64,000 nucleotides of DNA. Source: a bacterium DOLZORAL124_38_8 (lineage in GTDB: Bacteria; Patescibacteriota; Gracilibacteria; UBA4473). A program made the position numbers and the translations under genes. Position 1 is the stretch's first letter, and each line of letters starts with the position of its first letter. The stretch lies in assembly GCA_002747745.1 (NCBI GenBank), contig PDQG01000008.1, forward strand, positions 13,661-77,660, read 5' to 3'. Below the pieces are notes generated by a model. The model made no database searches and had not been told where the DNA came from. It worked only from the letters and a program-made list of their open reading frames with translations. Positions 48,918 through 57,439 of this stretch are shown here, in pieces.

Positions 48918-50024
48918 TTACCACTTTCGTCGACTTTTCTTTTGGGCGGCTTCTGCCGAAATTTGCAAAAGAATTCCCGCTGATAAGAGTGTCATAATCA
49001 TTGAAGAACCACCGTAAGAAATGAGTGGGAGGGTGATTCCTGTGTTTGGTACGAGGGCAAGGTTTACGCCAATGTTAATAAAAGCTTGTCCAACAATGAG
49101 CGTCGAAATTCCAATGGCGAGATATTTTGAAAATTCGTCGCTACAGTTTTTGGCAATAACGGTTCCGCGAAGGGCGATAAATAAAAACGCTCCTACGAGA
49201 AAAATGACTCGAATAAATCCCATTTCTTCTGATATGGCAGCAAAAATAGTGTCGGATTGTACTTCGGGGAGGTAATCAAATTTTTGAATAGAGTTTTGAA
49301 ACCCACGTCCAAAACTTCCTCCAGAACCAATGGCAATCAGTGATTGTTTGATTTGAAATCCGCTTCCTTGAAGGTCATTTTCGGGGTTTAAAAACGTCAA
49401 CACTCGTTCTTTTACGTACGGAACGGTCAGCGTAACAATAAACATTCCCAAGATAGAGGTGACCAAGCCAGAAAAGAAATGCTTGAGGTTGGCTCCAGCC
49501 ACAAAGTAGATGGATGCGGCGGCGATAGAAAGCACTAACAGTGAACCAAAATCGGATTGAATAACCAAGATTAGAGCAGGAATTCCGAAGAGAAAAGCAA
49601 ACGGAACAAATCCGCCTTCAAAGGTGTTGGCGGCGTTTTTTTTGCTCGCAAAAATAGCGGATAAAAATATGACCGTACAGAGTTTGGTCACCTCAATTGG
49701 TTGTACGGAAAACGAACCAATTTTTAACCATAATGAGGCAAACGTATTGTGGTTTTTCCCAATAAAAAACGTCAGTAATAAGAGAATAATTCCACCGACA
49801 AAAATCAATGGAGAAAGTTTTTTTATTTTAGCAATAGGAGTTTTGAACCCCAAAATAAAGGCCCCAGAACCAAGTATGAGATACAAAAAATGACGCCATA
49901 AGAAGTAATCGTTTTCTCCTTTAATTCGAAAACTGGGCGCAATAGACATAGAACTCATCATGACGAGTCCAAATATGGCTAATAATACGATGGTGATAAA
50001 CAGCCAGTTATCTACTTTTTTCAT
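48918..50024 (-). CDS. ftsW: SEDS-family protein FtsW/RodA
   Basis: 'QSLIAIGSGG..G.G', 'LPEVQSDTIFAAISEEMG', 'TGITLPLISYGGSS'. Confidence 0.9.
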   Translation of the reverse strand: MKKVDNWLFITIVLLAIFGLVMMSSMSIAPSFRIKGENDYFLWRHFLYLILGSGAFILGFKTPIAKIKKLSPLIFVGGIILLLLTFFIGKNHNTFASLWLKIGSFSVQPIEVTKLCTVIFLSAIFASKKNAANTFEGGFVPFAFLFGIPALILVIQSDFGSLLVLSIAAASIYFVAGANLKHFFSGLVTSILGMFIVTLTVPYVKERVLTFLNPENDLQGSGFQIKQSLIAIGSGGSFGRGFQNSIQKFDYLPEVQSDTIFAAISEEMGFIRVIFLVGAFLFIALRGTVIAKNCSDEFSKYLAIGISTLIVGQAFINIGVNLALVPNTGITLPLISYGGSSMIMTLLSAGILLQISAEAAQKKSRRKW

Positions 50025-51700
50025 TCTTTTACCGATTTGATTTTAAAGATAATTCTGTCGGGAGAAATAGGGGTCGTGGTCGCCCAGAAAGGTTTGATAG
50101 AAATATTCAAAACTTCTTCAATCTCTTGGTTGTTGGCAAGGATTGGTTTAATTTCTTCTTTGGTTTTATTGGTAATGTCTTGTTTGATTTTCAAAATCCA
50201 TTGTTGGAATGAAGGGTTCGTAGAATCGATGCTAAATTGTTCCGTGGCAAAGGCTTTTACCGAAATTTTCCCCCATAAATTTTCTTTGAAATTTTTGATA
50301 TCAAACGGAATGTATTGAATTGATTTGGTATCAATATCAATAATTTTTCGGCGTTCATCCAACGATTTCTTTAAAAATTTTTGCAACGCTTTTTTGACTG
50401 AATTTTGGTCGAATATAAGCGCCGATACGGTCAAACTCCCAGTGACAGACACCGTTTGTGTTTCTTTTCCAATTTGGTCGGTAGGAAACTGAAAGTCTTT
50501 TAGTTCGGTAAAAATAAAATCAGGGTTGGTTAACAAAATATGATTTTCGCCCAATTTGTTTTTTCGATTGGCGATTTGTTGTTTGAGGATTTGCAAAGCT
50601 CGATCTTTGAAATTTTCAATGAGTACTTTTTTCGCAATTTCTTCGTCTTCGGCTACTAATTTGTGTTTGACTAAGGTTGAGCCGCCCACTAATGGTCCAT
50701 TAATCGCTTTGGCGTAGTATACTTCTCGTAAATCAGACCGTAAGGCTGGAAAGAATAACTCAGTTCCGGCTTCGATGTTTCCTCGAATTCCGATTGGTTT
50801 TTGGTGTACATCAAATTCATCGGCTATAACACTGACAACGTATCGTCCGGGTTTGTTTCCTTTTTTGGCCGGAATAGTAACCGGTTTTTGAAACCGAAAA
50901 ACTAATCCGTTACTGGTTTGTAAACGAGATGGAACCAATTTTTTAGGTTTATTTGATTCATTAAAAAGGGTGACTTTTCCTTTGGCGGGCGTTAGCTCGT
51001 AGTCTTTCCCACTAGTTGGAACAACCTCGGTGTCAGTAACAGTGGTATCGAGTAAGATGCTTTTGATGATGGGTAAAGTTGATTCTGTTTGGTCAACTTT
51101 GGCGTTTGGAAGTTTCAGAATCATGTTTTGCATAATTGGAACGGTCGAGATTCTTGGACGCAGGGTGATAATAGCGGTTGGTGTTTGCCACAAGAATAAA
51201 GCGAGTCCGAGTAGAAACAAAGCCAGGAACCAAAAGAATATACGAGCTCGAATTGGGGTTTTTTGTTTTTTAATTTTTTGTAAAGAAAAAACAGGCGCTT
51301 CGTTTTTGTTTGGTTTTACCTCCTTTTCCTTGGTTTTGGTGGTGACTTCAGTAGTTTCTTTGGTAGTTTTTTCTACTATTTTCGTTGTTTCTTGGTCGGA
51401 TAATAAGGTGAATAAAGAGATGATTTCGCCTTCTTTAAACTTAGCTGGTACAATTGAGTAAGCGGTTAATCCTGATTTTTTTAAGAAATCTCGTACCAAT
51501 TTCTTTTTTGAGACAAAAATTATTTCTTTTCCGGCTTGTTGTGACACTTGTTTGATTTCTTTTAAAAATTTTTTTTCTAATAACGGTGGATAATGACCGT
51601 TGAACAAAAAGACTAAAGTGTTGGATTCGCATTTATTAATTCCTTCAAAAATGTCTTTTATTCGTTGATTACTTCCGATTGTGATTTTCAAAAAACTCAT
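50021..51700 (-). CDS. Single-TM protein with baseplate-J-like extracytoplasmic region (CPR-typical)
   Basis: TM 'IFFWFLALFLLGLALFLW', 'AKGKVTLFN', 'RLQT.NGLVFR', 'GG' and 'SIKPFW..TP' patterns; ATGA-coupled to ftsW. Confidence 0.7.
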   Translation of the reverse strand: MSFLKITIGSNQRIKDIFEGINKCESNTLVFLFNGHYPPLLEKKFLKEIKQVSQQAGKEIIFVSKKKLVRDFLKKSGLTAYSIVPAKFKEGEIISLFTLLSDQETTKIVEKTTKETTEVTTKTKEKEVKPNKNEAPVFSLQKIKKQKTPIRARIFFWFLALFLLGLALFLWQTPTAIITLRPRISTVPIMQNMILKLPNAKVDQTESTLPIIKSILLDTTVTDTEVVPTSGKDYELTPAKGKVTLFNESNKPKKLVPSRLQTSNGLVFRFQKPVTIPAKKGNKPGRYVVSVIADEFDVHQKPIGIRGNIEAGTELFFPALRSDLREVYYAKAINGPLVGGSTLVKHKLVAEDEEIAKKVLIENFKDRALQILKQQIANRKNKLGENHILLTNPDFIFTELKDFQFPTDQIGKETQTVSVTGSLTVSALIFDQNSVKKALQKFLKKSLDERRKIIDIDTKSIQYIPFDIKNFKENLWGKISVKAFATEQFSIDSTNPSFQQWILKIKQDITNKTKEEIKPILANNQEIEEVLNISIKPFWATTTPISPDRIIFKIKSVKE

Positions 51701-51797
51701 CGTCAAAAATCGTACTGAAAAAATGTAAAAAGAAAACTTGATTTCTCTCAAATTAGATTTAATATCGGCGAGCTGAATTTTCAGCAACAATTGGCAA

Positions 51798-51872
51798 TGG
51801 GGTGTGGCCAAGCGGTACGGCAGCTGGTTTTGGTCCAGAAGATCGGGGGTTCGAATCCCTCCACCCCAGCCA
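51798..51872 (+). tRNA. tRNA-Gln(TTG)
   Basis: Acceptor TGGGGTG/CACCCCA, anticodon arm with ttTTGgt loop, GGTTCGAATCC, encoded CCA. Confidence 0.93.
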
Positions 51873-52054
51873 AAAAATTGTGTATGACTCCAACGGAGTT
51901 ATAGACAATTTTTTTTATTTTATTGAAGAGATAAAAATCATTTGATGCCGAGCTTTGAGCTGGATAATAAGCACCGTGAAGTTTTGAGGTATAATATCTA
52001 TGAAATATAAAAGGTGTTTGAGGGAATAATAGCACTTTTTTTGTTCATCTTTTA

Positions 52055-52082
52055 TTGACATTGTTCTTTTTATACATATAAT
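52055..52082 (+). promoter_or_regulatory. Consensus sigma-70 promoter with no downstream ORF
   Basis: TTGACA (52055-52060)-N16-TATAAT (52077-52082). Confidence 0.6.
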
Positions 52083-52088
52083 AAATAC

Positions 52089-52166
52089 GACTTTTGGTTG
52101 ATTTCATTTTCAACTAAAAGGGTTACATATCCTAGAAATAACTTGCTCGCGCAGGTTATTTTTTTT
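52089..52166 (+). ncRNA. Predicted ~80-nt small RNA convergent on the NYN gene
   Basis: Hairpin cttttggttga/tcaactaaaag, then terminator aaataacttgc-tcgc-gcaggttattt plus T tract; promoter immediately upstream. Confidence 0.45.
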
Positions 52167-52743
52167 GTTGTCTATATTTAATTTTTCTTCCCCAAATTGG
52201 TAGGTCTAAGATATCAAAGTATCCGTTAGTACCAGTTCTTAGTTCTTTTGATACATTATTTTTAGAGGAAAAAACAAAACAGAGTTTCTTTCGATTATTT
52301 AAATATTTAATAAGTGGAAAGAAATCAGAGTCTCCACTAAAGAAAATCGCTATATCATATTTAGAACTATGATGAACAGCATCTATCGCTAGTTCAATAT
52401 CCATATTCCCTTTCTCCTGAATATAAGAACCTTGGTTACTTTCAAGGTGAATTTGTTTAATTGGTTTTTTTCGAACTACAAATTCAAGTCCTTTTTTGAG
52501 AAAAGTTAAGAATTTATGTTTCGGATCCGTGTCATATTGGCGAGTATGTTCAAGTGGATATGCTTCGTAATAAAAAATTTTATCAATTTGGACTGGAATT
52601 TTGATTTTGTTTGAAAGTGTTTGTGTTACAACTTTCTTTAAATTTGGGTAATCAATGAATCTGCTTTTTGATTTTTGTGCGTTCCAAACATTCGCGACAT
52701 CAATAAACACGAAAACTTTTTTAGCGGAAATATTCTCTTTCAT
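52156..52743 (-). CDS. NYN domain (LabA/DUF88, PIN-like) protein
   Basis: 'VFIDVAN', 'KGNMDIELAIDA', 'FFSGDSDF.PL'. Confidence 0.92.
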   Translation of the reverse strand: MKENISAKKVFVFIDVANVWNAQKSKSRFIDYPNLKKVVTQTLSNKIKIPVQIDKIFYYEAYPLEHTRQYDTDPKHKFLTFLKKGLEFVVRKKPIKQIHLESNQGSYIQEKGNMDIELAIDAVHHSSKYDIAIFFSGDSDFFPLIKYLNNRKKLCFVFSSKNNVSKELRTGTNGYFDILDLPIWGRKIKYRQQKK

Positions 52744-52916
52744 TATTTTTCTTTTCTTACACCTTTAAATGGTTTGTTATCAGACTTCATGTCTATAAAT
52801 CGACCAGTTGTTGAGTCTCTTTTTATAAATCTTTTTGTTAAAGGATTAAACGTTTGAGAGCGTCTTCTAACGGCTCCTTTTCGGTGTCCGTCGCCAGTTG
52901 GGGGATTAGTAGCCAT
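52743..52916 (-). CDS. 57-aa basic protein (absent from the ORF track)
   Basis: MATNPPTGDGHRKGAVRRRSQTFNPLTKRFIKRDSTTGRFIDMKSDNKPFKGVRKEK; its TAA overlaps the NYN ATG (TAATG). Confidence 0.8.
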   Translation of the reverse strand: MATNPPTGDGHRKGAVRRRSQTFNPLTKRFIKRDSTTGRFIDMKSDNKPFKGVRKEK

Positions 52917-53122
52917 TATATTGTGGTAAATATGTCTTCTTGCTACTAAATATAGTTATTTTTAACAAAAAGTCTAATAATATTTTTCAGCTTTAGAAAT
53001 CTTTAGTAAACCTTTTTTATTCTGAATCCCAAAAATCTATTTTGTGAAATTTTTTGTTGGAAAATTTATACGTATCACTTTATAATGAAAACAGAATTAA
53101 ATATTTTATATTCACTAATATT

Positions 53123-54124
53123 ATGAACGACGCATTAAAACAAGAGTTATCGGCGGTAGCCAAACAAATGGTGACCAAAGGAAAAGGAATTTTGGCCGCA
53201 GATGAATCAACTGGAACTTGTACCAAACGGTTTGTGGCTTTGGGTGTAGAAAGTACGGAAGAAACCCGGCAAAATTACCGACAAACTATTGTAACGAGTG
53301 AAGGATTGGAAAACTCAGTAGCGGGAATCATTCTTTTTGATGAAACATTTTGGCAAAAAACTGATGACGGAGAATCATTTGTGTCAGTGTTGAATAAAAA
53401 AGGAATTTTGCCTGGAATTAAAGTTGATACAGGGTCAAAACCACATGCTTTGTTTGAAGGAGAACAAATTACGTCTGGGTTAGACGGATTGCGAGAACGA
53501 TTAGCTAAATATAAAGAAGCGGGCGCAAAATTTGCGAAATGGCGAGAAGTGTTGGTAATTGATACCGAAAAAGATTTACCATCAGTTGGAAACATCGAAG
53601 CTCATGCCTTTGGGTTGGCTCGATACGCTGGACTGTGTCAAGAAGCGGGAATTGTGCCAATTGTTGAACCAGAAATTTTGATGGACGGAAACCATACTAT
53701 TGAAGATTCAGAAGCCATTACAACCGAAGTGTTGGGGACTTTGTTTGAAATTTTAGAAGCCCAAAATGTATATTTGCCAGGAATGGTTTTGAAACCAAAC
53801 ATGGTTATTGCCGGAACAGAAGCTGAAAACAAATCAACTTCGGCTGAAGTAGCCGAAGCGACTATTAGAACCTTGCGAAATACTGTACCAGCGGAAGTGC
53901 CTGGTATTGCGTTCTTGTCAGGAGGGATTTCACCAGAAATGGCGGCTGAAAATTTGAAATTAATGAATCAAATGGAAGACTTGCCTTGGAATGTGACGTT
54001 CTCATTCGGAAGAGCGATTCAACAACCAGCCTTGGAAGCGTGGTCTAAAGGAAACGTGGCTGAAGCTCAAAAATTGTTGGTGGAATTTGCCAACAAAAAT
54101 GGAGCCGCTACCAAAGGGGAATAA
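53123..54124 (+). CDS. fba: Class I fructose-bisphosphate aldolase
   Basis: 'GKGILAADES', 'GIKVDTG', 'FAKWR', 'VPIVEPE', 'LKPNMV', 'FLSGG', 'TFSFGRA'. Confidence 0.96.
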   Translation: MNDALKQELSAVAKQMVTKGKGILAADESTGTCTKRFVALGVESTEETRQNYRQTIVTSEGLENSVAGIILFDETFWQKTDDGESFVSVLNKKGILPGIKVDTGSKPHALFEGEQITSGLDGLRERLAKYKEAGAKFAKWREVLVIDTEKDLPSVGNIEAHAFGLARYAGLCQEAGIVPIVEPEILMDGNHTIEDSEAITTEVLGTLFEILEAQNVYLPGMVLKPNMVIAGTEAENKSTSAEVAEATIRTLRNTVPAEVPGIAFLSGGISPEMAAENLKLMNQMEDLPWNVTFSFGRAIQQPALEAWSKGNVAEAQKLLVEFANKNGAATKGE

Positions 54125-54144
54125 TTTGGAGAAGTTTAATGAGA

Positions 54145-54170
54145 AAAAACCGCCATTTCGGCGGTTTTTT
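54145..54170. terminator. Bidirectional terminator
   Basis: aaaaaccgcc-atttc-ggcggttttt. Confidence 0.75.
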
Positions 54171-54171
54171 A

Positions 54172-54756
54172 TTATGTTATCCACAAATTTTTCAATGATT
54201 TAATGACTTTAGATAAATAACTCATTTCAACTATAATTCCTAATTTTTTTCCAGCAATCATAAAACTGTTATTTATTTGCACATCATCTAATATATATTT
54301 TCTGTTTTTAGAAAAATATTTTATAATTTCTTTTTTCAAGTCTTGTATTTCGTTTGATTGTACACAATTAAGTCCCTCTTTTTTAAATAGTTTTTCGTCT
54401 ATAATTATTTCTTTTATTCCAGATTTTTTCAATCGATTCATCCATTCAACGCAACAGCTAGAAGCAACTTCTGAATGACGAAGTCTAGAGATACTTACAT
54501 TGGATTGAGTAAATAATGGTTCAAATTTATCTAATAAATTTCGTATTTTTTCGTTATATTCTTCTTTTATTTCTAACTTCTTGAAAATTAAATCAAATAA
54601 TTTTTCAATAACTGCAAAAACTTCGATTAATTCTCTTTTTGCATCATTATTCATAAGCTCTTCATATTCAGTGTTCACAGTTTTATCTAATGCTTCGATT
54701 TCGAGTCTTTGTCTTTCTTCTAGAAGCCCTAGGAACGTTGAAGCGGTAGATTTCAT
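54172..54756 (-). CDS. Hypothetical protein
   Basis: 194-aa AT-rich ORF. Confidence 0.6.
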   Translation of the reverse strand: MKSTASTFLGLLEERQRLEIEALDKTVNTEYEELMNNDAKRELIEVFAVIEKLFDLIFKKLEIKEEYNEKIRNLLDKFEPLFTQSNVSISRLRHSEVASSCCVEWMNRLKKSGIKEIIIDEKLFKKEGLNCVQSNEIQDLKKEIIKYFSKNRKYILDDVQINNSFMIAGKKLGIIVEMSYLSKVIKSLKNLWIT

Positions 54757-54829
54757 GGATTACTGTGTGTGAAGATTACAATAAATTGTTTTCAACATAT
54801 CACTTATTTTCTTTTTTGTAAAGATGACT

Positions 54830-55294
54830 TTATTTAGGATTAAAGGGAAACGAGGAATGGTGCAAGTTTATTTTTAGTTTCCCGTTTAATAATTTGTACC
54901 CAAACGTGTACTCAATTTTGGTTTCAGTGCCAGTAGCATCGGTAAAAAAATAATTTCCCATGGCGAGTGCCCGGTCTTCTTCGAGAATTAAGTTGGCGTT
55001 TTCAAACCGCACCTTGGTCCATGGGTTACTGATAAATCCTTGATCTTCTGCGCATGCTCGCTCTGGACCACCTATAAAGTATGATAAGGCGGTTAGTTTA
55101 GTTGGTCTAAATTGTTCTACCGAGCATCGAGTTGGTTTGAATAAAATGGGACCATCTTCAAAAGCATACAATTCATCAAGAAACGCTAAGGTAAAAGCTT
55201 TATATTTTTTAGGATGATCTCTCAGTGAACCAATTTTGACAATTCCGTCTCCCCATTGTTTTTGAGAGGCTATAATTTGTGCTTCGGTAATCAT
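54830..55294 (-). CDS. COG4337-like protein (putative iota-class-related carbonic anhydrase)
   Basis: 'WGDGIV.IG', 'LFKPT', 'ALSYF.GG', 'WTKVRFEN', 'AMGNYFFT', 'EYTFGY', C-terminal 'HHSS.P'. Confidence 0.75.
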   Translation of the reverse strand: MITEAQIIASQKQWGDGIVKIGSLRDHPKKYKAFTLAFLDELYAFEDGPILFKPTRCSVEQFRPTKLTALSYFIGGPERACAEDQGFISNPWTKVRFENANLILEEDRALAMGNYFFTDATGTETKIEYTFGYKLLNGKLKINLHHSSFPFNPK

Positions 55295-55431
55295 TTTTTG
55301 TAAATTTATAGTTGGTGTTACTATAGCCGTAGCCGTTTTTTTGTCTATACATATTACTTCAGTGAGAATTATTTTGTTTGAACATATTGTGCTATCTGAT
55401 AAACTAGTACTAATTTAAACTGATACTACTT

Positions 55432-56667
55432 ATGAAATTCTTCTCATTTTTTAAAAACTTTCGGCACCAACTCACGACGGCCGGGAAAAAACAACCCATT
55501 CATTTCTTTTCATTGTTCGTAATTTTGGCCTTGGATATTTTTGTTCTGACCAATATTTTTCAGGGGTTGGACTTTCAAAAACGACAATTAACCTCACCCA
55601 ATGAGAGTATTCCGTATACTTGTGAACAATTTATTCCTGATTTCGAAGCTAAAACGCCTACTGAAAGGAGAAACGCATCACTGGAAGTGGTTAAACAAGC
55701 AATAAAAAACAATCGTTCTAGACGAATCATAAATAAATATTCGGCCGAATTGGTAGCGAAACACAATCAATCAAAACTAGCGGCTGGATGTCTTCAAATT
55801 TTAAATAAAGCCAAAGAATTAAATCAGTCAAAAGTGTTGAGACAATATTTGGCGGTGGTGAAGGATTTAGAACAATCAGTCTACGAAGAAGAACGAGCGT
55901 TAGACAAACTAAATAAACTGTATGATACGGCACTATTAGAACGAATTGCAAATCAATCGGAGGAAGATTTGGTTACAGATTTACCAGCCCACGAAGCTAA
56001 AAATCGGATTCAAACACACAAAAAACTAATTCGTAATTTGCAATCACAAATTAACGCCCAAGAAACCCGTATTTTGAATGAGGCGGCCGTGAAAGAATTT
56101 TTGGCATTAACCAAAACACAAAAACCACGGCTCGAACAAACTCGGTCAAATTTAGAATTTTGGTATCCGATTAAAGTGTTTGGCGTACAAATGTTGTTCT
56201 TGTTGCCGTTATTTTTGTTTTTCTTGTGGCAATACATTCGAATGCAAAACAAGGAAAATTCTTTGTTATCGCTTATTTTCTCTCATTTGTTTTTGGTCAC
56301 CCTGATTCCTATGTTGTGGAAAGTCTTTAGTGTGTTGGCCGATATTCTGCCGTTCCATTTCTTGGCCGATTTATTAGCAATATTGGAAGCCCTTAACTTG
56401 GTGGCTTTATGGAACTATTTTGTAATTGCTCTAGCGATTGGTTTTGCTTTTGGTTTGATTTATTTCTTGCAAAAGAAAGTGTTTTCGGCTGAAGCTATTT
56501 GGCAAAAACGATTGGCCAAACAACAATGTTGGAATTGTGGAAAACGTAAATTTTCAAAAACAGAAAAACATTGTTCATTCTGTGGTGAATTACAACAAGA
56601 AACTTGTAAAAAATGTGGAAAAGAAAAAAGAGTAAAAGCATCGTTTTGTCATAATTGTGGTCAATAA
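55432..56667 (+). CDS. Membrane protein with C-terminal double zinc ribbon
   Basis: TM helices, coiled-coil loop, CWNC/CSFC/CKKC/CHNC. Confidence 0.8.
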   Translation: MKFFSFFKNFRHQLTTAGKKQPIHFFSLFVILALDIFVLTNIFQGLDFQKRQLTSPNESIPYTCEQFIPDFEAKTPTERRNASLEVVKQAIKNNRSRRIINKYSAELVAKHNQSKLAAGCLQILNKAKELNQSKVLRQYLAVVKDLEQSVYEEERALDKLNKLYDTALLERIANQSEEDLVTDLPAHEAKNRIQTHKKLIRNLQSQINAQETRILNEAAVKEFLALTKTQKPRLEQTRSNLEFWYPIKVFGVQMLFLLPLFLFFLWQYIRMQNKENSLLSLIFSHLFLVTLIPMLWKVFSVLADILPFHFLADLLAILEALNLVALWNYFVIALAIGFAFGLIYFLQKKVFSAEAIWQKRLAKQQCWNCGKRKFSKTEKHCSFCGELQQETCKKCGKEKRVKASFCHNCGQ

Positions 56668-56684
56668 AAGTTGCTATTTTAGTT

Positions 56685-56716
56685 AAAAAATAATCACCGC
56701 AGGGTGATTATTTTTG
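56685..56716. terminator. Bidirectional terminator
   Basis: aaaaaataatcacc-gcag-ggtgattatttttt. Confidence 0.75.
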
Positions 56717-56726
56717 TATAAATTTT

Positions 56727-56978
56727 TTATTCATTTATGAGTTGTAATTTTTGCGCCTTAGTTAGTTGCTTGATTCGGTATTCTTCTTTGCTCGCGAGGG
56801 ATCGATTTTCAAATTCAGCCCACCATTTGACCCTAACTGGGCGGCGGGTGGCGGTGTATTTGGCCCCTGGGTTGGGGCCGTGTCCGTTGTGTTCAGACAG
56901 GCGACGGTTTAAGTCGGTGGTAATGCCACAATAGAGCGAGTCATCGGCACACTGCACTAAATAAACAAAATATTTCAT
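56727..56978 (-). CDS. GIY-YIG nuclease family protein (YhbQ/UPF0213-like)
   Basis: 'YFVYLVQCADDSLYCGITTDL.RRL.EHN', 'GAKYT..RRPV', 'A.KEE..IK.L'. Confidence 0.92.
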   Translation of the reverse strand: MKYFVYLVQCADDSLYCGITTDLNRRLSEHNGHGPNPGAKYTATRRPVRVKWWAEFENRSLASKEEYRIKQLTKAQKLQLINE

Positions 56979-57033
56979 TACGTTTAGTGTAGGGGAGTTT
57001 CTTTTTGTGAAAAACTTTTTATACTGCTTTGGG

Positions 57034-57396
57034 ATGGCAGAAATAATTACTTTTGAACAATATAAAGGGCGTTGTAAGCGATTGATAGAATCGTACCAGT
57101 TGTTAAAGAAAAAATTTCCGGAAGACGTGAAATTTAAAAAAATGAATCGAGTGTTTCGGCTAATGAGGTCTTTGTATGGTCGAGACAAGATTTATGCGGT
57201 AAACCATTTAAATTATTTAGAACATCATCAGGTATATTTTGATGAAGAACGGCGCGCCTTGATAGTGCAGGGGATTGAGTTGTTAAAGAAACTTATTTTG
57301 CATAAAAAATTAAATAAACCCGTTGAAAGTCCGATACGGAAAAAGAAACTTGATATAAAGACTTTGATTAGGAAGAGTAAAAATAAAACTAAATAA
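57034..57396 (+). CDS. Hypothetical basic protein
   Basis: ~120-aa ORF with TATACT 8 nt upstream of the ATG. Confidence 0.55.
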   Translation: MAEIITFEQYKGRCKRLIESYQLLKKKFPEDVKFKKMNRVFRLMRSLYGRDKIYAVNHLNYLEHHQVYFDEERRALIVQGIELLKKLILHKKLNKPVESPIRKKKLDIKTLIRKSKNKTK

Positions 57397-57439
57397 CAAC
57401 TATTCTAGAGCATTTGTTATTTAGTTTTGTATAAATTTT

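Noticed and set aside
50021..51700. Prophage, based on the baseplate-J-like protein
   Set aside because: No capsid, terminase, tail or integrase genes nearby; the gene is coupled to ftsW.
51781..52035. 84-aa minus-strand ORF
   Set aside because: Overlaps tRNA-Gln antisense (the 'GVEGFEP' translation is a typical tRNA shadow).
54177..54185. Perfect DnaA box TTATCCACA
   Set aside because: Single copy inside the 3' end of a CDS with no cluster; plausible by chance.
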